DNA of 64,000 nucleotides from Acidimicrobiia bacterium (lineage in GTDB: Bacteria; Actinomycetota; Acidimicrobiia; Spongiisociales; ZC4RG35), in the NCBI GenBank assembly GCA_041742825.1, contig JBGTNX010000075.1, positions 9,960 to 73,959 on the forward strand, in the 5' to 3' direction. Shown here piece after piece: positions 56,148-64,000 of the stretch; within the stretch, counting starts at the first letter, position 1; each line of letters starts with the position of its first letter. Both the position numbers and the translations under genes were made by a program. The notes under the pieces were generated by a model. It was not told the origin of the DNA and did not search any database. It saw only the letters and a program-made list of their open reading frames with translations.

Positions 56148-56617
56148 CGTGAATCACCACCCAGAACCCAGAACGCGAGCGCCGACAGCGAGGCAGCTCC
56201 GAAGGCGATTGCGAGCCAGAGCCACCGGGTGACGTCTTCGGGCAGATTCTCAGGATCGGTTGTTGTCGTGCTCTCGATTCCAACCGCCCGAAGCTCAACA
56301 CCGAGCTCCATCAGGGATGTCGGCTCCGATCGCGCCGGGTCCGGCCCGATGAGCTCGAAGACGACCCTGTAGTTGACTGCCTTCAGCTCGGTGCGGATAC
56401 CAAAGACCCCGGGCTCACGCTGGAGGAGCGGGAGTGCCAGCGGCGACTCCCCTTCGGCGACCAGATGGGCGATGACCGTCTCTGCTGATTGAGTGACTTC
56501 GACACGCAGATCCACCTGAATTGCATTAGAGGTGGTGGAGACCAACTCAGCTGAGGCGGCGCCGAAGCCTGCGCCGAGTTCGACCGCGAGTAGAACGTGG
56601 GCAATAGTCCGCAGCAT
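56096..56617 (-). CDS. Hypothetical secreted protein with C-terminal TM anchor and acidic tail
   Basis: Signal-like N-terminus IAHVLLAVELGAGFGAASA, C-terminal TM helix WLWLAIAFGAASLSALAFWVL, and an SNDDSTESADDDI tail. Confidence 0.5.
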   Translation of the reverse strand: MLRTIAHVLLAVELGAGFGAASAELVSTTSNAIQVDLRVEVTQSAETVIAHLVAEGESPLALPLLQREPGVFGIRTELKAVNYRVVFELIGPDPARSEPTSLMELGVELRAVGIESTTTTDPENLPEDVTRWLWLAIAFGAASLSALAFWVLGGDSRQASSNDDSTESADDDI

Positions 56618-56701
56618 CCTCGCGACGGTAGCCCCCTAAGATGCCCGGCCGGTGCGGATGAACCTATCAGTCACGGCTAGGACCAACAGGGGGAGGCAAC
56701 A

Positions 56702-59317
56702 ATGCTGAGGACTCCTCCGTTCCTACGCGCCCCTATCCTCCTCTTCTCCCGGCCCGCGGTCCTGGTCACAGTCATCGGAGCGACCGCAATCCTCGGGATG
56801 GTCGCCGCTCTCACCCCCCTCTTCCTGTCGTCTGCTTCGAGTGCCGCTCTGCAGCAAGAGCTGGAAGGACGATGTCCGGCATCCTTTGGGGGTCTTACCC
56901 ACAACTACGACTTCCCCGACGTGGTCCGTGAGGAACTGACGCAGGCAACGGCCCACGACCCGGCATTCCTGCCACCTCGCCTCTACCTCGAAGGCACCCT
57001 GATCACCGCAAGCAACGCTTCAAGCGACGGTCTGACCATCCCCTTCCGGTTCGCCGCCCGCGACGAGTTCCGGGACCACATCGAGTTGCTGGAAGGCGAG
57101 CACGGCCCGGGGGCATACCTGGACGACGTAGCTGCCGAAAACCTGGCCGCCGGACCCGGCGACACCATCATCTTCAACGTTCAAGGAGACCGGCACGAAT
57201 TCACGGTTCAAGCTGTGTACAGGGGCCTCTACGATCGCACGACTGATCCTTACTGGTGTTTCCTCGAGGGTGTCCTCGCTATAAATGTGATGGGCGACCT
57301 TCCCCCTCCGTTGGTGTTGATCGACACCGACTTCTTCGAGTTCGAAAGCGCGCTCTATGGCAGCGTCTTCTCACGGTCCTTCGGTGGAACCGGGGACTGG
57401 GAGATCCCGATCGACGTGGACGGCCTGACCGTTCCCGGGGCGGAGCGGGCTGCGGCCACGATGACCGCGGCCGAGGAGACGATCCACGATTTGAGGCCGT
57501 TCTCGTCGGCAATCCAATCCGATCTGCCGACCGTCACCGCCAGGGTGTCATCGCTGGCAACGGCACTGCGCACCTCGATCATCCCACTTGCTGCAGTTGT
57601 GCTCCTCGCAGCTGTCGGGCTGGTTGCTGCCGCCGGTTCGTACTGGGTAGATCGTCGCAAGCTCGAACTCCAGTATCTCTCCTCACTCGGCGTCGGCCCG
57701 GGTGGAATCGCCTTCAAGGCCGTTCTGGAGTTCCTGATCCCGATGCTGGCCGGCGGGGCGCTGGGCTGGGGTGTGGCCAACCTCGCAATCTCCGGGCTCG
57801 GACCATCTCCAGACGTCGACCCTGGCTTCCGCCTCATCTCCGCATGGACGGTCGGCGGCGCGGTGCTTCTTTCGCTTCTGGCGGTTGCGGTTATCGTTGG
57901 AACGAGAGCGAAGACCCTGCTCGACCACAAACCGAGATCCCGGCGCAAGATGACATGGCGGATTCCGCTGCTGATTGCCTCCGCAGCGGGAGCGGTCCTG
58001 GTCAGGATCGCAATCGGCGACTCGGCGGTGGTGACCGAGGAGAACGACCTGGTTGGCTCGGTCGACCCTCTCGTTCTGTTCTTGCCCCTCCTCACCTTCA
58101 CCGCAGCGGTGCTGTTGGTTTCTGAGATCGTGATTCGCCTGTTCCCGTTGATCCGCAAGCTCGGAGCCAAGGGCCATGCTGCGTATCTGGCGTCGCGGCG
58201 CATCGTCAGCGCGCCAAGCCTGGTGATTGTCCTCATCGCCGGTGCAGCCCTCCCGGTGGCAACTCTCGTCTACGCGGGCTCGTTGACCCGTTCGGCGACC
58301 TCGACAATCGACGCTAAAGGCAAGACCTTCATCGGTGCCGACATCTCCACTCCGGTTTTCGGGGCGATCGAGCCCCCGGGAACGCTCGGGGACTCGTCCA
58401 CCGTCGTGATCAAGACCGAGAGAGTCGACTTCGACGGCACGCAGGTCGATGTGCTCGCCGTCGACTACGACACCTTTGAACAGGGTGCATTCTGGGAGGA
58501 GGAATACGCGGAGGTGCCGCTGCAGACGATCCTCGACGGACTCCGCGGCGACAGCGAAGGCGCCCCTCTCGATGCCTACCTGGCCACCAGTGGTGTCGAC
58601 CAGGAATTCGACGACGGTGAGCTCTTGATCAGGAGCGAACGTGTCACTGTCAACATAATCGACGAACTGGAGACCTTCCCCGGGAGCAGGCGCAACCGCC
58701 CCCTCCTGATCGTCGACCGGGACCGCTTCGTCAACGTTTTCGCCGACGATGAGGGGCGGCTGTCGGGCAGCCGCTATCTGATGTGGACGCTCGACCACAC
58801 TGAGGACGAGGTCGAGTTGGAGATGAAGACTGCAGGTGTCGGTTTCGCCTTCACCACCGCTGCCTCCACCACGCTCGACCAGCTGCGGTTCGCCGCCCTC
58901 ATCTGGACCTTCGACTTCCTCGAGATCTACTCGTATCTGGCCGGCCTGATCGCGATCGGGGCGGTCCTCCTCTACGTGGACACCCGCCAGCGGGCACGGA
59001 ATCTCTCCTACGCCCTGGCCCGGCGAATGGGCCTCACCAGACGGGAGCACCTCGCGGCCGGTCTGATCGAGGTCGGATCGCTGACCCTGCTCGGTGTCTT
59101 CACCGGGGTAATCGCCGGGAGGATCCCGGCACGCCAGCTCTACCGGATCCTCGACGCCGTCGCCGAGACGCCTCCTCCTCCCCGATGGGTCGGAGCGATG
59201 GACCTCGTTGTCATCTCGGTTGTCGTGGCAGTGTTGGTTTCTATCGTCGCAACTATCCTCGCCCAGCGCACCGCCGACGGTGCCGATACTTCGGAGCTGC
59301 TCAGACATGGCGAATAA
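56702..59317 (+). CDS. FtsX-family ABC transporter permease with two FtsX modules and large extracytoplasmic domains
   Basis: 871 aa. An N-terminal TM helix is followed by a ~250-aa loop, then the first FtsX bundle (RRKLELQYLSSLGVGPGGI). A second loop of ~230 aa leads to the second bundle (RQRARNLSYALARRMGLTRREH). Confidence 0.85.
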   Translation: MLRTPPFLRAPILLFSRPAVLVTVIGATAILGMVAALTPLFLSSASSAALQQELEGRCPASFGGLTHNYDFPDVVREELTQATAHDPAFLPPRLYLEGTLITASNASSDGLTIPFRFAARDEFRDHIELLEGEHGPGAYLDDVAAENLAAGPGDTIIFNVQGDRHEFTVQAVYRGLYDRTTDPYWCFLEGVLAINVMGDLPPPLVLIDTDFFEFESALYGSVFSRSFGGTGDWEIPIDVDGLTVPGAERAAATMTAAEETIHDLRPFSSAIQSDLPTVTARVSSLATALRTSIIPLAAVVLLAAVGLVAAAGSYWVDRRKLELQYLSSLGVGPGGIAFKAVLEFLIPMLAGGALGWGVANLAISGLGPSPDVDPGFRLISAWTVGGAVLLSLLAVAVIVGTRAKTLLDHKPRSRRKMTWRIPLLIASAAGAVLVRIAIGDSAVVTEENDLVGSVDPLVLFLPLLTFTAAVLLVSEIVIRLFPLIRKLGAKGHAAYLASRRIVSAPSLVIVLIAGAALPVATLVYAGSLTRSATSTIDAKGKTFIGADISTPVFGAIEPPGTLGDSSTVVIKTERVDFDGTQVDVLAVDYDTFEQGAFWEEEYAEVPLQTILDGLRGDSEGAPLDAYLATSGVDQEFDDGELLIRSERVTVNIIDELETFPGSRRNRPLLIVDRDRFVNVFADDEGRLSGSRYLMWTLDHTEDEVELEMKTAGVGFAFTTAASTTLDQLRFAALIWTFDFLEIYSYLAGLIAIGAVLLYVDTRQRARNLSYALARRMGLTRREHLAAGLIEVGSLTLLGVFTGVIAGRIPARQLYRILDAVAETPPPPRWVGAMDLVVISVVVAVLVSIVATILAQRTADGADTSELLRHGE

Positions 59318-59972
59318 CGGGTCTTTGATCTGCCGCGACATCCGCCGGGCATACCAGACCGACGCCGACCTGGTCTGGGCGCTCTGGGACGTCGATGTCG
59401 AGGCCCGGCCCGGGGAGATCACCGTGCTCGCCGGCCCTTCCGGGTCAGGGAAGTCGACACTGCTCAGGGTCATGGCAGGGATCGACCGGCCTGATCAGGG
59501 ATCGGTCGAGATCGCCGGATCCGACATCTTTGCGATGAATGCCCGCCAGCGGCGGAAGTGGCGCAAGAAGCACATCGGATTCGTGTTCCAGGACCCCGCG
59601 GCGAACCTGCTCGGGTACATGACGGTTGTGGACCATCTCAAACTGGCAGCCCGTGTCCGCCACGCCAGTTTGGACATGTCAATCCTCGAACACCTCGAAA
59701 TCCCCGAGCTCGCCGGTGAGGTCCCGTCACACCTCTCCGCTGGCCAACAGCAGCGGGTCGCCCTCGCCGCAGCGGTAACCGGAGGCCCCGACGTGGTGCT
59801 CGCCGACGAGCCCACCGCCGAGCTCGACACCCAGTCGGCAAGACTGGCGGTCGAGGCGTTGACCCGGCTCCGCGACCTGGGCACAACCCTTGTCGTCACC
59901 AGCCACGACCCGGAGGTTGTCGATATCGCCAACAGAGTTGTTCGAATCGAACACGGGATGGTCAAGAAATGA
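59307..59972 (+). CDS. ABC transporter ATP-binding protein (MacB/LolD-like), subunit 1
   Basis: GPSGSGKSTLL, LSAGQQQRVALA, VVLADEPTAELD and TSHD. ATG 59307 overlaps the permease stop. Confidence 0.9.
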   Translation: MANNGSLICRDIRRAYQTDADLVWALWDVDVEARPGEITVLAGPSGSGKSTLLRVMAGIDRPDQGSVEIAGSDIFAMNARQRRKWRKKHIGFVFQDPAANLLGYMTVVDHLKLAARVRHASLDMSILEHLEIPELAGEVPSHLSAGQQQRVALAAAVTGGPDVVLADEPTAELDTQSARLAVEALTRLRDLGTTLVVTSHDPEVVDIANRVVRIEHGMVKK

Positions 59973-60598
59973 GCCTGTTGAGCCTCCAGAACGTGGGCAA
60001 GTCGTTCCACCGAGGAGAAACCGAGGTGGTAGTCCTCGACGGGCTCGCCGCCACAGTCGAGCCGGGAGAGGTGGTGATCATCAGAGGACGCTCCGGCTCC
60101 GGGAAGACCACTTTGCTCAACCTCCTCGCCGGCTGGCAGGAACCGGACCGCGGAAGCCTCAACTGGTCGATCGAGTCCCCCGAGCGATGGGAGAACGTCG
60201 CAGTGGTTCCCCAATCTTTGGGCTTGCTTCCCGAGTTGACCCTGGGTGAGAACATCGGCCTGCCCGGGCGACTCGCCGACGACGACAACGACGTAAACGA
60301 GATTGCCGAGAAGTTGGAGATCGGACACCTCCTCGACCGGCCGACCACGGGCGCATCGCTGGGAGAACAGCAACGGGCCGCAATCGCCCGGGCCCTGATC
60401 CGCCGTCCCGCCCTGCTCCTCGCCGATGAGCCGTCCTCGCACCAGGATCTCGAGCGCCTCCACCTGGTGTGGCGCCTCATCTCCGAAACCGCGGCTGCAG
60501 GCACCGCAGTGATCGCAGCAACCCACGACCCCGACGGCTTCACCTACGCCGACAGAATCCTCGACCTCCAGGAAGGCAAACTAGTCCAGGCCCGGTGA
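59969..60598 (+). CDS. ABC transporter ATP-binding protein, subunit 2 (divergent signature motif)
   Basis: GRSGSGKTTLL, SLGEQQRAAIARA in place of LSGGQ, LLLADEPSSHQD and ATHD. ATGA overlap with subunit 1. Confidence 0.88.
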   Translation: MSLLSLQNVGKSFHRGETEVVVLDGLAATVEPGEVVIIRGRSGSGKTTLLNLLAGWQEPDRGSLNWSIESPERWENVAVVPQSLGLLPELTLGENIGLPGRLADDDNDVNEIAEKLEIGHLLDRPTTGASLGEQQRAAIARALIRRPALLLADEPSSHQDLERLHLVWRLISETAAAGTAVIAATHDPDGFTYADRILDLQEGKLVQAR

Positions 60599-60629
60599 GC
60601 GGGAGGGACAGCTGCGGTCGGTGGGAGAG

Positions 60630-61406
60630 TTACTCGAGGATCTCCATCAGAAGGTCGATTCGGTCAGTGACTATGCCGTCTACACCCAAATCGATCAGCT
60701 CTTGCATTCTGGCGGGCTCGTTGATGGTCCAGACGTGGACCTGAAGGCCGCGATAGTGGGCGGCGTCGACGAGCTTGCGGTCGACGACGCGTACTCCCCT
60801 CCTCTGCAGCGGTAGCTGCAGTGCGCTGCCCGGGCCGGACAGGCTCTGTCCGAGACGGGAGGCGAGGAGCCACGACCTCGCCCTCGCAGAACCGACCGAA
60901 GTCGGCACGGTTCCCTCGGTGAGTTTGCGGAAGCGGACGAGCCGGGCATCGGAGAAGCTGCCGACGATAAGTCGCTCGCCGATGTTGAGCCTGCGCACCA
61001 GTTCGGCCAAAGGCTCGACGACAGCGTCTTCCTTGAGGTCGACCACGATATGGACGTCGGGAAGAGATGTGGCGAGCTCCTCGAAAGTCGGGATCCGCAC
61101 CCCGACCGACCGGAACGGAAACCCATCGGCCGTCGCATGCCCGAAACCTGCGTCGAGTGTGACGATTTCCTGGCTGGTGAACTGCGAAAAAGGCCCGGAC
61201 GCATCGGTGGTTCGATCTACAGAGGCATCGTGGACGCAATGGACGATCCCGTCTGCCGACACCCTGACATCGGTCTCGAGATGACGGGCACCGACCTCGA
61301 CGGCCGCGGAGAACGCAAGCATCGTGTTTTCGGGCCACAAATGCCTGCTCCCGCGATGTGCAATTGCCACCGGGGCATTCCATCTGTCGGGGTCGAGCAT
61401 GGTCAC
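60630..61406 (-). CDS. Glycerophosphodiester phosphodiesterase family protein
   Basis: VAIAHRGSRHLWPENT, ETDV and VHVWTIN. Confidence 0.85.
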   Translation of the reverse strand: MTMLDPDRWNAPVAIAHRGSRHLWPENTMLAFSAAVEVGARHLETDVRVSADGIVHCVHDASVDRTTDASGPFSQFTSQEIVTLDAGFGHATADGFPFRSVGVRIPTFEELATSLPDVHIVVDLKEDAVVEPLAELVRRLNIGERLIVGSFSDARLVRFRKLTEGTVPTSVGSARARSWLLASRLGQSLSGPGSALQLPLQRRGVRVVDRKLVDAAHYRGLQVHVWTINEPARMQELIDLGVDGIVTDRIDLLMEILE

Positions 61407-61461
61407 AAAGTAATAGGCCCCGTCCGTGGACAGGGCCTATCGGTTTGGGAGTCGGTTTCAG

Positions 61462-61755
61462 TTACTCGGCAACCCTGTCCTTCAGGCCTTTGGCGGCCGA
61501 GAAGTGTGCGTAGTTCTTGGCGGCGATTGTGATCGTCGCACCTGTCGCCGGATTACGACCCTGGCGCTCCGAGCGCCGCTTCAGGGTGAAGTTGCCAAAC
61601 CCGCTGAGGTTCACTTTGCGGCCCGCATCAAGTTCGACGGCGATAATTCCCTCGCCATCTTTCGTGGAGAAGATGTGCTCCACAATCTCAGCAGCCTTGG
61701 CTTTGGAGATGTCCGCCTTGTCGGCGAGCTTATCTGCCATCTCAGATTTGTTCAC
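61462..61755 (-). CDS. hup: HU-family nucleoid-associated DNA-binding protein
   Basis: (V)NKSEMADKLADKADISKAKAAEIVEHIF...GFGNFTLKRRSERQGRNPATG. I chose the GTG start at 61755. The rest of the 324-aa ORF is antisense to the neighbouring gene. Confidence 0.9.
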   Translation of the reverse strand: MNKSEMADKLADKADISKAKAAEIVEHIFSTKDGEGIIAVELDAGRKVNLSGFGNFTLKRRSERQGRNPATGATITIAAKNYAHFSAAKGLKDRVAE

Positions 61756-61881
61756 GTGGCCCCTCCTTAGGGTCGACGATTGACGTCGTCGGTATTGGCG
61801 ACGATTGACTAACGATAGGCCAAACCGGCGTAATTCCTTGACATTCCCGCCTCTTATGTACGCTGGCGCACCGGAGGATCT

Positions 61882-62670
61882 ATGAACGTAACCTACGAAC
61901 TCGACGCCGACATCGCCATCGTCACCCTCAACCGCCCCGACTCCTTCAATGCGGTCACCGGCGACCTCACCGCCGAACTGGCAGGTGCAATTGCGCGGGC
62001 GGGCGGCGAAGCACGGGCTGTCATCGTCACCGGGGCGGGCAAGGCCTTCTGCGCCGGGGCCGACCTCGCCGAAATCGCTGCCGGCTACGAGCGGGACGGC
62101 CCCCGACTCGGCTCGGTGTTGGACCGCAACTTCCATCCCGCCGTCCATGCCCTTCTCAACGCTCCGGTACCCACCGTTGCTGCGATCAACGGCGCCGCTG
62201 CCGGAGCGGGCCTTGGTTTGGCTCTGGCGTGTGACCTGCGGGTAATGAGCGAAACCGCCTTCATGATGTCGGCGTTCGCCGGGATCGGACTCGCCCCGGA
62301 CAGCGGGACCACGTGGTGGCTGCCCCATCACCTCGGCGTGTCCCGGGCTCTGGAGCTCACCCTCACCAACCGGCGGGTTCCGGCCGAGGAGGCAAGAGAA
62401 CTGGGGCTTTGCCTCGGTACCTTCCCCGCAGACCAACTCATGGCGAAAGCGAAGGGATACGCAACCGAACTCGCCGACCTACCCACTGATGCGTTGGTCA
62501 CCACCAGGCGGCTGATCCGTCAAGCTGCAGGCTCCGATTTCGACACCGCGCTCGAGATGGAACGGACCGAACAGGACCGTCTCGGGCGGAGCGCAGAGCA
62601 TGCAGAAGGTGTCAGTGCCTTCCTCGCCAAACGGAAGCCCGATTACCGGGCCCCGCACGGCTCCGGCTAG
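61882..62670 (+). CDS. Enoyl-CoA hydratase/isomerase family protein
   Basis: VIVTGAGKAFCAGADL and the crotonase fold GAAAGAGLGLALACD. Confidence 0.88.
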   Translation: MNVTYELDADIAIVTLNRPDSFNAVTGDLTAELAGAIARAGGEARAVIVTGAGKAFCAGADLAEIAAGYERDGPRLGSVLDRNFHPAVHALLNAPVPTVAAINGAAAGAGLGLALACDLRVMSETAFMMSAFAGIGLAPDSGTTWWLPHHLGVSRALELTLTNRRVPAEEARELGLCLGTFPADQLMAKAKGYATELADLPTDALVTTRRLIRQAAGSDFDTALEMERTEQDRLGRSAEHAEGVSAFLAKRKPDYRAPHGSG

Positions 62671-63074
62671 TTCCGGACTATGTAGACCTCGAGGCCGATC
62701 TTGCCGTCGGCACCTGAGCCGAGGGCTACGCCGATCTCGTTGTTGAGCCAGGCGAGATCTTCGTTTCCAGTCTCGAATACCAGCAACTCCCTGGGGTTTG
62801 CCGATCGATCAGGGTTGGCGATAGAAACCCCGGTTCCCCGATAAGAAACGGCTTCGCGCTTCTCCCCGATGACGCCGTGGATGTCGAGGACCATATTCCC
62901 GTCCCTGCGGACCGTCACGTAATCTATACCTGTGACCGGCCGCTCCCCTTCCCAATGCTTCGAGGTTGCGACCCCATTGAATGGGAAATCGATCCGCCTG
63001 CCGGCGGGGGCGTCGCCGATCATCTTCATGCCGAGGTCGGCCTGGATGGTGCAGAAAAGCTCAAGATCGGGCAC
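62667..63074 (-). CDS. DUF3237-family protein
   Basis: GDAPAGRRIDFPFNGVATS and DYVTVRRDGNMVLDIHGVI. GTG 63074 is preceded by AAGGAG-AAAC. Confidence 0.7.
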   Translation of the reverse strand: MPDLELFCTIQADLGMKMIGDAPAGRRIDFPFNGVATSKHWEGERPVTGIDYVTVRRDGNMVLDIHGVIGEKREAVSYRGTGVSIANPDRSANPRELLVFETGNEDLAWLNNEIGVALGSGADGKIGLEVYIVRN

Positions 63075-63130
63075 GTTTCTCCTTCGTCGGTTGGTGCTGC
63101 CTGGCACCGTAGCCGATCAAACCGCCCGGC

Positions 63131-64000
63131 TCACACGTAACGGGCCAGATAGCTTTCCATCTGGGGAAACACCTGTTCGAGGTAGGACATAGCCTCTTCG
63201 AGCGACAGGGTGCGGGCTGCGTAGTTCATCAACATCAGCTGACGCGCCGCGTGCAACCCGTCGAGCTGTTCCTCGTCTTCGATCGGCCAGGTCGAGAACT
63301 GTTCGAACCCGTCCCGGAACGCGTTGCGGATCTCGTCGGTGCGCGGGGCGGCGCGCGAGGAGTAGAGACAGACGGACACGTCCTGTGCGGGGGTGGCGAC
63401 CATCACGTCCTCGAAGTCGAAGGCGTAGAGACGGGTCCCGACCAGGTGCACATTCCATTCGTGCAGGTCGCCGTGGACGATTTGCGGCTGGCCATTCGCC
63501 CATGTGTTCTTGATGACCTCTTCGACCACCGGGATCACCTTCTCGATCAGCGCACGCCTGGTGTGCCGGAAAAGATGGTCATAGTGGCCGTCGAAGATCA
63601 CCAAGGGGTTCTGGCTCTCGTCGTAGTAGAAGACACGATCCCAATGGCGGAGGTCGACAGGATCGTCCGGGAGCCAGGTCTTGCCATGCAACTGGAGTTG
63701 GGCGCACATGGCCCCGATCATCCGGTATGCGAAGGTTCCTGCTCCCACTCCCACCGGGCTTCCCGGCACCCAGGTGAAAAGGACACAAGGCCGATTGTGC
63801 CCGGTCAGCGGGTCCGAGATATCAGTGACAAATCGCCCGCTGGCGGTCGGGAGCGGCTGGACCAAATCGAGCTCGGTGTCGCGGTTGAGCGCCACCAGCC
63901 ATTCGGTCTCGTAACGCAGGTTGGACCGGGTGTTTGCCGATGGTGTCCCGACCCTGAGGACCATTTGCCGGCCATCCTTGGCGATGACGCGGTACATCAC
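63131..64000 (-). CDS. Phosphotransferase (APH/choline-kinase-like) family protein, 5'-truncated by the window edge
   Basis: Catalytic loop IVHGDLHEWNVHL and DFED. The ORF is open to position 64000. Confidence 0.8.
   Translation of the reverse strand: MMYRVIAKDGRQMVLRVGTPSANTRSNLRYETEWLVALNRDTELDLVQPLPTASGRFVTDISDPLTGHNRPCVLFTWVPGSPVGVGAGTFAYRMIGAMCAQLQLHGKTWLPDDPVDLRHWDRVFYYDESQNPLVIFDGHYDHLFRHTRRALIEKVIPVVEEVIKNTWANGQPQIVHGDLHEWNVHLVGTRLYAFDFEDVMVATPAQDVSVCLYSSRAAPRTDEIRNAFRDGFEQFSTWPIEDEEQLDGLHAARQLMLMNYAARTLSLEEAMSYLEQVFPQMESYLARYV

Noticed and set aside
61756-62436. Upstream 227 aa of the 324-aa ORF 61462..62436
   Set aside because: It is antisense to the enoyl-CoA hydratase gene and crosses an intergenic promoter region. 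Only the C-terminal 97 aa match HU.

Overview
High-GC Actinomycetota chromosomal segment. Spot counts of 120-nt samples gave about 65% GC in lysS and about 55-56% in the NRPS gene. No rRNA, CRISPR array, transposase or integrase was seen. The backbone is a densely packed, mostly minus-strand housekeeping block. As I recall it, the gene order matches the mycobacterial Rv3579c-Rv3661 neighbourhood: TrmH-family methyltransferase-cysS-ispF-carD-disA-radA, clpC-lysS-panC-folK-folB-folP-folE-ftsH-hpt-tilS-Zn-metalloprotease, sigH/rsrA, topA-tmk-holB, polX, and an actinobacterial Tad/Flp locus followed by a HAD-IB gene. Two tRNA-Thr genes are present. Several accessory modules sit between backbone blocks: (1) at the left edge, next to tRNA-Thr(TGT), a lower-GC single-module NRPS followed by a large polytopic membrane protein; (2) a BMP-type nucleoside ABC importer with nucleoside hydrolase, ribokinase and an M15 peptidase; (3) a strong-promoter operon of small ORF, RHH protein and DUF4097; (4) a leaderless HTH/Clp_N pair and PIN-PhoH2; (5) ArsR-MFS; (6) an FtsX-type permease with two different ATPase genes. 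The best candidate for something undescribed is the NRPS, whose adenylation domain is interrupted by a Zn-ribbon plus PP-loop (SGGKDS) amidotransferase-like domain. Other points worth a second look: the nucleoside hydrolase has no canonical start and lies in frame behind the ribokinase TGA; a modular intergenic repeat family occurs in three copies, each in sense orientation just 3' of a gene; FolK is fused to an ICMT/PEMT-like membrane domain; and a phosphatase-fold protein lacking the catalytic residues is inserted between folP and folB. All family assignments come from motif reading by eye. No database search was run.
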